From the NCBI GenBank assembly GCA_963714975.1, contig CAVQQD010000003.1:192001-256000 (forward strand): a stretch of 64,000 nt of DNA. Reading direction: 5' to 3'. Origin of the DNA: an uncultured Gammaproteobacteria bacterium (lineage in GTDB: Bacteria; Pseudomonadota; Gammaproteobacteria; JAURND01). Under the pieces are notes generated by a model. That model ran no database searches. It was given only the letters and a program-made list of their open reading frames with translations, and was not told where the DNA came from. Of this stretch, positions 49,853 through 60,797 are shown one piece after another. Made by a program: the position numbers and the translations under genes. How positions within the stretch are numbered: position 1 is the stretch's first letter; the number at the start of each line of letters is the position of its first letter.

Positions 49853-52497
49853 ACACTCAACAACCTCCAATGCATTTCCTGGCGGATTACACTCCTCCTG
49901 ATTTTCAGATTGATTCAATAGATCTATTTTTTGATTTGTATGAAGAAGTCACTTTTGTCACTTCTAAACTCCAGATCAGAAAGATGTCAAACGCCAAAAC
50001 GGCCATGCCGCTAGTATTGGATGGTGAGGGTTTGCTGCTAAAAAAGTTAGTATTAGACGGGACAGAATTAGCTACAGATCAGTATGAAGTCACTAAGCAG
50101 CACCTCAAAATTTTACAAACGCCGGCGAAATTTAGTTTAGAGATCGTAGTGGAAATAAAACCGCAGGAGAATAAACTACTAGCGGGATTGTATAAATCGG
50201 GGGGGAATTTCTGTACGCAATGTGAATCCCAAGGTTTTAGAAGGATTACTTATTTTTTAGATCGTCCCGATGTTTTAACCCAATATACCACAGCAATTGC
50301 CGCCGATAGAACACGCTATCCCATATTGTTGGCCAACGGAAATTTAGTTGACAGTAAGGAACTTGCAGATGATCGTCATTGGGTTAAATGGCATGATCCC
50401 ACTCATAAGCCCTCCTATTTATTTGCCTTGGTCGCTGGAAATTTGGAAGCTTTGCAGGATGTTTATGTTACCCAATCTGGGCGTTCCGTCGATCTTGCTA
50501 TTTATGTGGAGCCAGGAAAACTGAAGCAAGCTCAATATGCTATGAGCGCGCTAAAAGCAGCCATGTCGTGGGATGAAATTACCTATGGTCGAGAATATGA
50601 TTTAGAAATCTACATGATAGTGAGTGTGGGCGATTTTAATTTTGGTGCGATGGAAAATAAAGGCCTGAATATTTTTAATGATCGATACATCTTGGTAAAA
50701 CAAGAGACAGCAACTGATGAAGATTTTATGAATGTGCTCGCTGTGGTGGCTCATGAATATTTCCATAATTGGTCTGGCAATCGTGTTACCGTGCGTGATT
50801 GGTTTCAGATTACTTTAAAAGAAGGGTTGACAGTATTTCGCGAACAGCATTTTATGCAGGATAGCACTTCTAAAGCTTTAAGGCGAATCCAAGAAGCAAG
50901 GATTATCATCAGCCAGCAGTTCTTACAAGATAGCGGCCCGATGGCTCACCCCATTTATCCAGATTCATATATTGAAATTAATAATTTTTATACGGTCACG
51001 GTATATCAGAAAGGCGCTGAAGTTATTGGAATGCTACGTACCTTGTTAGGACCAGATACTTTTCGTAAGGCAATGGATCTTTACTTTGCTCGTAATGATG
51101 GCCATCCTGCTACGGTTGAGGAATTTGTGGTTGCGATGGAAGAAGTTTCAGGATTAGATCTCAAGCAATTTCGCTGCTGGTACAAACAGGCTGGGACACC
51201 CGTGCTGAAGATTGAGGATCATTACGACCCACATACGCAAATTTATACTTTAAATGTCGAGCAAACGGGTAAGCAATTATTTCATATTCCTTTAGCTGTG
51301 GGGCTCCTGGATCAACAAGGACGCGAGATCCCGCTGCAATTGGCAGGTGACGCAACGCCGCCGCAATTAACTACTCGCCTGTTAGATATCAAGCAGCAGA
51401 AAGAAAGCTTTAGATTTATTCAGGTCGCACATAAGCCAGTTCCTTCCTTGCTGCGTGAGTTTTCTGCGCCAGTGAAATTAGAGTATCACTATTCAGAGGA
51501 TGATTTAGTATTTTTAATGACTCATGATGCAGATCCTTTTAATCGTTGGTACGCCACTCAGCATTTGGCAACGAAATTGTTACTTCGTCTCTGCAAGGAA
51601 TCGGGAATCCAGTCGGCAGGGCGCAAAAGCGCGGTGAATAGTTTTATTCACGCCTTAGCCAGTATCCTAACTAATCCTGATTTAGATGAGGCTTTTATTG
51701 CCGAAATAATGACCCTTCCTTCTGAGATTTATTTAATTGAACAGATGGAAGTTGCTGAGGTAGAGGCTATTCATGCCGCTAGAAAGTGGTTAATGGTGCA
51801 TATTGCGAAGCAACTGCAGCCGCAATTCACGAAGTATTATCATCAGCATAAGCAAAGCCCGGTATATCAATTAACCCCTGTGGAAATAGGGGGGCGTCGT
51901 TTGAAAAATCTAGGCTTATTGTATTTAGCCGGTCTAAAAGATTCCTCGATTTATGCAGAATGTTTGGAGCAGTTTTATGCCGCGAATAATATGACTGATA
52001 CCATCGGAGCTATGACAGCACTCAACGATGTGGACTGTAAGGAGCGAGAGGAGTGTCTATCAGTCTTTTATCATCGTTGGCATAAGGATCCTCTGGTGCT
52101 CGACAAATGGTTTAAGTTACAGGCATTATCCACTTTGCCCAGAACATTGGAAGTTGTAATGCTGTTGACCCAGCATGAAGCTTTTGATCTTAGCAATCCT
52201 AATCGAGTACGGGCGCTCATTGGCAGCTTTTGCCAACTTAATCCGGTGCGGTTCCATGCAGTTGATGGTCAAGGCTATGCCTTTTTAGGGTCCTATGTGC
52301 AGAAAATTGACCGATTTAATCCTCAGCTGGCATCTCATATTATTGAGCCGTTGATTCATTGGAAGAAATTTGATAGTCAGCGGCAGACTTTGATGAAGGC
52401 CGAGTTAGAAAGACTGGCAGCAATTCCAGGCTTATCGAACAACCTCTATGAGATCATCAGCCGTAGTTTGGCGCTGCGGGAGAAGGCACTTGCTTAG
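49849..52497 (+). CDS. pepN: Aminopeptidase N
   Basis: GAMENKGLN, HEYFHNWSGNRVT..LKEG and NPNRVRALIG motifs. Confidence 0.97.
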   Translation: MNTQQPPMHFLADYTPPDFQIDSIDLFFDLYEEVTFVTSKLQIRKMSNAKTAMPLVLDGEGLLLKKLVLDGTELATDQYEVTKQHLKILQTPAKFSLEIVVEIKPQENKLLAGLYKSGGNFCTQCESQGFRRITYFLDRPDVLTQYTTAIAADRTRYPILLANGNLVDSKELADDRHWVKWHDPTHKPSYLFALVAGNLEALQDVYVTQSGRSVDLAIYVEPGKLKQAQYAMSALKAAMSWDEITYGREYDLEIYMIVSVGDFNFGAMENKGLNIFNDRYILVKQETATDEDFMNVLAVVAHEYFHNWSGNRVTVRDWFQITLKEGLTVFREQHFMQDSTSKALRRIQEARIIISQQFLQDSGPMAHPIYPDSYIEINNFYTVTVYQKGAEVIGMLRTLLGPDTFRKAMDLYFARNDGHPATVEEFVVAMEEVSGLDLKQFRCWYKQAGTPVLKIEDHYDPHTQIYTLNVEQTGKQLFHIPLAVGLLDQQGREIPLQLAGDATPPQLTTRLLDIKQQKESFRFIQVAHKPVPSLLREFSAPVKLEYHYSEDDLVFLMTHDADPFNRWYATQHLATKLLLRLCKESGIQSAGRKSAVNSFIHALASILTNPDLDEAFIAEIMTLPSEIYLIEQMEVAEVEAIHAARKWLMVHIAKQLQPQFTKYYHQHKQSPVYQLTPVEIGGRRLKNLGLLYLAGLKDSSIYAECLEQFYAANNMTDTIGAMTALNDVDCKEREECLSVFYHRWHKDPLVLDKWFKLQALSTLPRTLEVVMLLTQHEAFDLSNPNRVRALIGSFCQLNPVRFHAVDGQGYAFLGSYVQKIDRFNPQLASHIIEPLIHWKKFDSQRQTLMKAELERLAAIPGLSNNLYEIISRSLALREKALA

Positions 52498-52551
52498 CCA
52501 ATCCCCCTCAGTTACAATGCCTGACTTTGCCATATTATAGAGGAGATTTGA

Positions 52552-52821
52552 ATGTCACTCTCAGCTGACGAAAAGAGCAATATTATTGAACAATATCAAC
52601 TTGTTGCGGGCGATACGGGTTCGCCTGAAGTACAAACTGCCTTGCTAACTCACCGCATTAACAAGTTGACTACGCACTTTAAGTTTCATATTAAAGACCA
52701 TCATTCTCGTCGTGGCTTATTACGAATGGTCAGTTTAAGACGGAAACTTTTAGATTATTTAAAATCGATAGATATACAGCGATATCGACAATTAGTTGAG
52801 CGCTTAAAAATTCGTTATTAA
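52552..52821 (+). CDS. rpsO: 30S ribosomal protein S15
   Basis: [18 protein letters not shown]. Confidence 0.98.
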   Translation: MSLSADEKSNIIEQYQLVAGDTGSPEVQTALLTHRINKLTTHFKFHIKDHHSRRGLLRMVSLRRKLLDYLKSIDIQRYRQLVERLKIRY

Positions 52822-52834
52822 CGTAACTTTCCAG

Positions 52835-52873
52835 TGTCATCCCGAGCGAGATGTCATCTCGCTCGGGATGACA
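52835..52873. repeat. Perfect GTCATCCCG palindrome in the rpsO-pnp leader
   Basis: TGTCATCCCGAGCGAGATG-T-CATCTCGCTCGGGATGACA (19-bp arms). Confidence 0.9.
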
Positions 52874-52911
52874 GCTGGGCCGCAGTCTAAAAAAATTAAA
52901 TAAGGTTTATT

Positions 52912-54999
52912 GTGTTAGGAAAAAGCAAAACATTTAAATACGGTGATTCACAAGTCACTATTGAAACTGGCGCAATTGCGCGACAAGCCTCTGGTTCAGT
53001 GTTAGTGCGGATGGGAGATACAGTAGTTTTAGTGGCAGTTGTTGGCGTTCCATCGCCAGAAGCAGGTAGAGATTTTTTCCCACTCACAGTCCATTATCAA
53101 GAACGTACTTATGCAGCAGGTAAGATTCCGGGTGGCTATTTTAAACGTGAAGGTAGACCTTCAGAACGAGAAACGCTGATCTCCCGTCTTATTGATCGGC
53201 CATTGCGTCCTTTGTTCCCAGCCGACTTTACCGATGAGGTGCAAGTGGTTGCTACTGTCCTTTCCTTGGATCCGAAAGTTGACGCCGATATTCCCGCTAT
53301 TATTGGTGCTTCTGCTGCAGTGTATCTTACCGGAATGCCTTTTCAGGGTCCCATTGCTGCAGCGCGTGTCGGCTATAAAGATGGTGTTTACTTATTAAAT
53401 CCAACTATCAAAAGCATAGAAGATTCTAGTTTAGACTTGGTTGTTGCTGGCACCAAAGCTGCCGTATTGATGGTAGAGTCAGAAGCGAAGGAATTGTCGG
53501 AAGAAGTCATGCTAGGTGCGGTGTTGTTTGGACATGAGCAAATGCAAGTAGTGATTGATGCTATCTTGTCCTTAGCTGAGGATGCTGGCAGACCGAGCTG
53601 GTCCTGGACTCCGAAAGCTACTGATGCGCAGTTAGAACAGCAGGTGCGCGAATTAGCTCAAGACAAAGTTCGAACTGCTTATCAAGTTCGAGAAAAACTA
53701 GCACGCAGAGCGCAGATTGTCCAAGTGGCTGAGGAAGTAGTAAAAACTCTATGTGGCGACGCAGAGAGTGCTGCTCCTAAACCAGAAGAGGTTAGAAAAC
53801 TCTTAGGGGCCATAGAGGAATATGTGGTGCGCCATGATATTCTTGAGGGCAGACCTCGCATCGATGGTCGTGATAATAAAACGGTCCGTCCGATTACTAT
53901 TCAAGCAGCAATATTGCCTCGTACCCATGGCTCGGTATTATTTACTCGTGGTGAGACGCAGGCACTTGTTGTGGCTACTTTGGGGACAGAGCGTGATTCT
54001 CAGGTGATCGATGATTTAAGTGGCGAGCGTAAAGAACCCTTTATGCTGCATTACAATTTTCCGCCTTACTCGGTCGGGGAAGTGGGGATGGTAGGTTCAC
54101 CCAAGCGACGTGAAATTGGCCATGGGCGGTTAGCGAAGCGTGCTCTTCAAGCCATGATTCCCCCTCTCACGGAGTTTCCTTATGTGCTGCGTGTCGTTTC
54201 CGAAATCACAGAATCTAATGGTTCAAGTTCTATGGCCACGGTTTGCGGTGCTAGCTTAGCCTTGATGGATGCTGGTGTGCCTGTTAAAGCCCCTGTAGCC
54301 GGGATTGCCATGGGCTTAATTAAAGAAGGCGAGCGATTTGCTGTCATTAGCGATATTCTGGGTGATGAAGATCATTTAGGCGATATGGATTTCAAAGTGG
54401 CAGGGACTATTAATGGGATTACCGCCCTGCAAATGGACATCAAGATTCAGGGCATTACTCCAGAAATCATGCGTCATGCTTTAGCACAAGCGAAGGAAGG
54501 GCGTCTGCATATCTTACAGATCATGGATCAAACTCTGGCTGCGTCACGTCCTGAAATTTCTTCCTTTGCTCCGCGTATTACCACCATCCGCATCAATCCA
54601 GATAAAATTCGCGATGTCATTGGTAAGGGGGGAGTCACCATTCGCGAACTTACCGAAGCCACTGGAACGGTCATTGATATTAGTGATGATGGGGTGGTTA
54701 AAATTGCTGCGGTCGATCATGAAGCTGCTGAAGAGGCCCGTCGGCGGATTGATTTGATTGTCGCCGAAGTTGAGCTGGGTGCACTGTATGAGGGTACCGT
54801 GGTGAAGATCATGGACTTTGGGGCGTTTGTCGCGATCTTACCGAACAAACAAGGTCTAGTACATATTTCACAGATTTGTCACGAGCGGGTGGCTAATGTG
54901 GCAGATAAGTTGCAAGAAGGACAAGTAGTCCGTGTCAAAGTACTAGAAATTGATCGCCAAGGTCGAATTCGCCTGAGCATGAAAGAAGCCCATGCTTAA
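52912..54999 (+). CDS. pnp: Polyribonucleotide nucleotidyltransferase
   Basis: [23 protein letters not shown] and DHLGDMDFK motifs, plus KH and S1 domains. Confidence 0.98.
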   Translation: MLGKSKTFKYGDSQVTIETGAIARQASGSVLVRMGDTVVLVAVVGVPSPEAGRDFFPLTVHYQERTYAAGKIPGGYFKREGRPSERETLISRLIDRPLRPLFPADFTDEVQVVATVLSLDPKVDADIPAIIGASAAVYLTGMPFQGPIAAARVGYKDGVYLLNPTIKSIEDSSLDLVVAGTKAAVLMVESEAKELSEEVMLGAVLFGHEQMQVVIDAILSLAEDAGRPSWSWTPKATDAQLEQQVRELAQDKVRTAYQVREKLARRAQIVQVAEEVVKTLCGDAESAAPKPEEVRKLLGAIEEYVVRHDILEGRPRIDGRDNKTVRPITIQAAILPRTHGSVLFTRGETQALVVATLGTERDSQVIDDLSGERKEPFMLHYNFPPYSVGEVGMVGSPKRREIGHGRLAKRALQAMIPPLTEFPYVLRVVSEITESNGSSSMATVCGASLALMDAGVPVKAPVAGIAMGLIKEGERFAVISDILGDEDHLGDMDFKVAGTINGITALQMDIKIQGITPEIMRHALAQAKEGRLHILQIMDQTLAASRPEISSFAPRITTIRINPDKIRDVIGKGGVTIRELTEATGTVIDISDDGVVKIAAVDHEAAEEARRRIDLIVAEVELGALYEGTVVKIMDFGAFVAILPNKQGLVHISQICHERVANVADKLQEGQVVRVKVLEIDRQGRIRLSMKEAHA

Positions 55000-55004
55000 C
55001 CCAT

Positions 55005-55179
55005 CCCTCTTCTCCCCTTGTGGGAGAAGGTGCCCGAAAGGGCGGATGAGGGGTAAACTTGAAATCAGCAAAGAGCATTTTATTAGTTAAATGCTAACTG
55101 CTGCTTACCCTCACCCGCGCGCCTTACGGCGCGGCGGCCTCTCCCACAAGGGGAGAGGCAAAATCGTGGTGATGGTTAC
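55005..55179. mobile_element. GTAAC-type MITE (cargo type B), near-identical inverted copy of 36167-36340
   Basis: The reverse complement aligns over about 170 bp; right end GTGGTGATGGTTAC; the other TIR is missing. Confidence 0.85.
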
Positions 55180-55407
55180 AAAAAATTATTCTTGCTTTTT
55201 AGTAAAATTTACTTATACTATCGGTAATTTTATTAAATAAGTGAGATTCTATGCTAGCTCCCCACAACCAAAACAATTCCTATTGTGAACGGCGAGTATA
55301 TCTCCTAAAGCTCGATGATACTCAATTGCCCCTAATTCCCTTTTCCAAAGGAGAGTAGGTAACAGGTGGGGTGATCTCCACAGTCTTTTTCAAAGAGGAT
55401 TTCCTAG

Positions 55408-56616
55408 ATGTCAACAGAAACACAGTACGAGCATAAACCTCATATAACGCAAGATAGATTCTTTGAATATTATCAGTTCGATGAAAACGCAGAAAATCGC
55501 TCCCTGGTCAAGTTGCATTTGAATCTCCAAAATGAAGCTTATTTACAGCACAGAGAAAAGATATGTCAGATCCTAAATGAATTAAATGCAAAACATAGTG
55601 GGTTGGAAGAGCGGCCCATTTTGTGGGGATTTGGTTCTCAGTTACCTCCCGATCAAAAGGCAGTGAAGAGCCTAGCGGTAGATCAGCAATATCTTCAGTA
55701 TTGGGAAGCAGTGGCGCAGGGAAAGAAAGAAGATGCTTTGGCAATAGCTCAGAAAATTGATTTTTCTACTCTTGGAAAGCTAAAACAAAAGTATCATGGG
55801 GCATATCTAACGACCGACAACCTAGCAGCTCAGGTGTACATTAATCGCTTTAGGACACTTATAAAACGCCATTCTGCGAAAAATCGCAAGCAAATTACCT
55901 TATACCTTTGCGAACCTATAACAGGCCAAGGTAAGCATTTACTTAATGAGAACGAACAAAGACGTCAGGATAAACTTGTGGTATTGCTTAAGGAGCTTAA
56001 TGGCAAATTGCATGACTTGCATATTACGGCTGGTGTGTGTTCGAAGAAAGATTCTCTCATTAATCCCTTTATTTCTTATCACGAAAAAATGGCACTTAGG
56101 GATAACGCTACAAATAGTAGGCATTCTTATTCTCTCCCCCAAAAGCTACATAAACACTCCAAACTTCTTGAAAACTTAGAACAAAATTTAAGTTCAGCTA
56201 GCTCAGGGTCAGAAGCAAAGAAGACCGCTTCAGAGGATTTTTCTGATATGACTAGAGTATCCTTTTTTAAAGCAGCCGCATCAGTAATTAATAACTTTGC
56301 TTTTACAGAAAAAACTACTACAAGAGCCAGAAATGCTCAAGGGGCATTGATAGCAGCAGCAATGGTTACAAAATATGTAATCATACCTGCCTGTGTAGTT
56401 TATGCAGCTTTTGCAATTACAGATCGCATTAAAGGTTCTGATTATATTTCCACGTTCCATGAGTAGTCTGCGAGTGATGCTCTTGAGATTGCTTTAATTG
56501 CATGTTCAGTTGTGACAGTGTTAATGTCTCTTTATAGTTTTTTAGTCGCTACTCAAGAGAAACGCGTAGAACTACAAGAAGGAATGATGAGTGATTTTAC
56601 ACCAAGAAATGGATAA
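55408..56616 (+). pseudogene. Effector-like protein with an OspF/SpvC-like motif set, interrupted by an in-frame TAG
   Basis: The ORF runs to TAG at 56464-66, then continues in frame for 49 codons encoding a second TM helix, to TAA at 56616. Confidence 0.6.
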
Positions 56617-56825
56617 TTGCCTACAACGCACGTTATTGGCTATTATATTGACCAAATGTTATCCATTAAATGTTGGATGAACTATAAAGGTTTCCTTGAA
56701 ACTATTCTCTGCATTTGACATACTTTCCTAACGTTTTTACTTAATTGGAGAAGCACAAAAGGGCACTTACGTAGAATTAGTTGCGTGAGTGTAATTTACC
56801 TTGATGCAAAGTTACGGTATTTCCA

Positions 56826-58498
56826 ATGCAATTACCTATTGGCTATGAAGATTTCAGTGAAGTTATTGAGAGTAAGCTTGTGTTCGTTGATAAGAGCTTA
56901 TTTATCCAAGAAATTTTGGATGAAATTGCAACCAAAGTCATTGTAATCACTCGCCCACGCCGTTTTGGGAAAACCCTAAATTTATCTATGCTACGTTATT
57001 TTTTGGCGATAGAAGCCTATGGGGGGAAAGCAGCTAATCTGTTTAATGACTTGAAAATTGCTGCTTTGGGAGAAAAATATCTGCAGCATCAAGGAAAGTA
57101 TCCCGTTATTTTTATCACCTTTAAAGGAGTTAGAGATCATTCCTTTCAACATTCACTAGAAAAATTAAGTTTGCTGTTAGCTAACGTATACAATGAGCAT
57201 TCTTACCTGTTACATAGTCCCCACTTAGACACTGTAGATAAACAATTTATCACCCTCATACGGAAAAGGACTTTGGAACAATCCGTGTTGGAAGAAGCGT
57301 TACATCGCTTGACGTATTATTTATTTAAGCACTATAACACTAAAGTTTGGCTCTTGGTTGATGAGTACGATACCCCTATGCAATCGGCTTTTCTACATGA
57401 TTATTATGAGGATATGGCCAATTTGATTAGGGGACTTTTTGCTGCAGCATTAAAAACTAATCCTTATTTAGAGAGGGCGGTAATTACCGGTATTTTACGC
57501 ATTGCGAAAGAAAGTTTGTTTTCTGGATTAAATAACATCAAGGTTTACTCATTGTTGCATTCGAAGTTTGGTGAATACTTTGGATTTACTGGACAAGAAA
57601 TCACTGATTTATTAACTAAGGCTCAGTTGACTTCGCAAGCCGATGCGATCCAACATTGGTACAATGGTTACTCAATAGGTGATAGGGTGATCTACAATCC
57701 GTGGTCGATTGCTAATTGTATAAATGAAAATGGCGCATTGCAGCCTTATTGGGTGAATACCAGCAGCAATGACTTAATTAAACATCTATTGGCTCAGGGG
57801 GATAAGCAATTAAAAGAAAATTTAGCTTTATTATTAGAGCATAAACCCATAGAAACGACAGTGGATGAAAATATGGTATTTGGCAATTTAGAGCAAGACC
57901 AACATGCCCTATGGAGTTTATTGTTATTTAGTGGTTATTTAAAAGTAATTGACCTCAAACGAGATGACACTTATATCAAAGCTCGATTGGTTCCGCCAAA
58001 TTATGAAGTGTATTTGCTCTACCGCAGCGTTATTCGAGATTGGTTTACTGAGCCCTTGGGCAAAGGCAATTACGAATCTTTTTAAACAGCCTGACCCGTG
58101 GCGATGTGGAAGAATTTACCTGGCGATTACAGGATTCTCTGCAAGATATGCTCAGTATTTTTGATGTCACTGGCTTACATCCTGAGAAATTTTATCATGG
58201 CTTTGTCTTGGGAATGATGGTTAGCTTACGAGAGACTCATGAAATTCAATCTAATAAGGAAAGTGGTTATGGGCGTTATGATGTGATGCTAATTCCTAAA
58301 GATCCCTCGCAATTGGGCATTGTGTTAGAGTTTAAAACGGTTCGTGAGGAGAATATTCCGCTGGCAGACGGGGCTCAAGAAGCACTGGCGCAAATCATCA
58401 AGCGGAATTACGCCCAAGTTTTGCGTAGCAAAGGAATTCAACAGATCCTGCAATTGGGATTAGCTTTTCGCCATAAAGAGGTTGCAGTGGCTCATTAA
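56826..58498 (+). pseudogene. AAA-ATPase-like plus PDDEXK_9 nuclease with a single frameshift
   Basis: Paralog of 34359-36077. T5 at 58079-83, where T6 restores SFLNSLTRGDVEEF and joins both ORFs. Could be a sequencing error. Confidence 0.88.
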
Positions 58499-58514
58499 GA
58501 CGAGGACGACGCTT

Positions 58515-60686
58515 TTATCCCAATTCAAAATCAATTTCTCGATTGTCCAAATCAACTCGGGCCACTAAGACGCGGATGTGGTCTCCGATGCGGTAGGTGA
58601 CGCGAGTGCGTTTGCCGATTAAAGCATGTTTGGCAGGATCAAAGTGATAGTAGTCACTTTTCAGCGCAGTTATGTGCACCAGACCTTCGGCATAAATTCC
58701 TTCCAGTTGCACAAACACCCCAAAACCAGTGACCGCGCTAATAATGCCCTCAAACTTTTGGCCGAGTTTATCTTGCATATAGTGGCACTTTAACCAATCA
58801 GTAGCATCCCGGGTCGCTTCATCGGCGCGGCGTTCGCTCATTGAGCAATGCTCACCCTGTTCTTCCATTGCTTTTAGAGTATAGGGAAACTGACCCTTTT
58901 TCTTGCCCTTGGTCTTAATCAAATGGCGTACCGCGCGGTGGACCAGCAGGTCTGGGTAACGGCGAATCGGGGAGGTAAAATGGGTGTAAGTTTCGTAAGC
59001 CAAACCAAAATGGCCTGCTTTACTGGGGGAATAAATGGCTTGCATCAAAGAGCGTAATAATACCGTTCCAATCAAATGTTCATCGGGTCGGCCATGAATG
59101 CGCTGCAGAATTTTATAATAGTCTTTGGGAGAAGGCTTATTACCCCCGCTTAAACGCAGGCCAAAGCCTTTAAGAAAATCGTGGAGTTGTTGAATTTTAT
59201 CGGGATTGGGGCCTTCATGCACTCGATATAAAATCGGTAGTTTATGCTTTATGTAAAAACTGCGCGGTGGCGACGTTGGCAATGAGCATACATTCTTCAA
59301 TAATGCGATGTGCCTCAGTGCGAACCACGGGCACAATTTCTTTGATTTTTTTATTTTTGCCAAAGATGATGCGAGTTTCAGTGGTTTCAAATTCCAATGC
59401 GCCGCGCTTTTGTCGTTGAGCAAGCAGCTTGTGATACAGGGCTTGCAGATGCTGCAGGTGGGGTAATAGATGCAGCTTGAGTTTTTTTCTTGCCTTCTAA
59501 TAAAGCAGAGACCTCGGTATAAGTTAATCTGGCCTGGGAGCGCATCACAGCCTTCATAAAATTTCGCATTTACCAGCGTACCATTCTTATTAATGTTCAT
59601 CTCACAAACCATGCATAGGCGATCGACATGGGGTTTCAGTGAACATAATTCATTGGAGAGTATTTCTGGTAACATCGGGATCACGCGGCCCGGGAAAATA
59701 AACCGAATTGCCGCGATTGGCGGCTTCTAGATCGAGAGCTGAATTCTGGTTTGCACATAGTAACTGACATCAGCAATGGCGACAATCAAACGCCAGCCAT
59801 CTTTAGGTCGCGGTTCGCAATAAACCGCATCATCAAAATCTTTGGCATCTTCGCCATCAATGGTGACCAAGGGCAAATGGCGCAAATCTACTCGATCTTG
59901 CTGGCTTGTTTCTGGGATTTCCCCGCTCCAGTGCGACACCTCCTCTTGGACTGTCTCTGGCCAATGATGTGGCAGACCATAGGAACGAAGAGCTACTTCA
60001 ATTTCCATTCCCGGCGAAAGATGATCACCCAATATTTCTACAATGTGGCCTGTGGCTTGTCGGCGTGGTGTGGGCTGGGTAGAAATTTGTACCATCACGA
60101 TTTGACCATGCTTAGCGCCAGCCTCCTCCCCCGGGGGAATCAGAATATCTTGAGTAATTTGTTTATGATTCGGTTGGACAAAAGCGATGTTTTTTTCCTT
60201 AAAATAGCGACCCACTAATTCTGTGGTATGGCGTTCTAAAATTTCAACGACCACACCTTCGCGTTTGCCGCGGAAGCCTCCTTCGGTGCTACGTGCCAGG
60301 ACAATATCACCAGGAAATAAAGAGCGCATTTGATAAGGCGCCAAATACAGGTCGCCACTATTGTCATCGGGAATTAAAAATCCGAAGCCATCTTTATGTC
60401 CAATCACGCGACCGCGGACTAATTCCAGTTGCGCTACTACGGCATATTTACCGCGCCGATTACGCATTAATTGCCCATTTCGCTCCATAGCAATTAACCG
60501 TCGCCGCAAGGCGTCTTGCGTATTTTCGGTGTCTAAACCAAACATCTCAATCACCTGTTCCGGATATACCGGATGCCCGAGGCTATTTAGACATTGCAGA
60601 ATATATTCCCGACTAGGAATAGGCTCTGGATATTTTTCTGCCTCGCGAGCGTAGTAGGGGTCTTGTTGTTGATAATCTTGAAACAC
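58515..60686 (-). pseudogene. rnr: Ribonuclease R with clustered frameshifts (real lesion or consensus error)
   Basis: TIDGEDAKDFDDA, AIADVS, HFGL..YTHFTSPIRRYPDL and an S1 domain; several single-base indels between about 59250 and 59755. Confidence 0.92.
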
Positions 60687-60797
60687 GCGGTTGTGCTCTT
60701 CCCTTGATTGAAGGTTAATAATTTATAACCCAGTGTGTACCCTATTTACTGCTGAGCTGTCAAGGTTCCTTGCAAAATCGGCCGCTTTACCTACGGC

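Noticed and set aside
55251-55400. Possible riboswitch or 35-aa leader peptide upstream of 55408
   Set aside because: Only short stems, no convincing match to a riboswitch consensus I know, and the small ORF is out of frame with the downstream gene.
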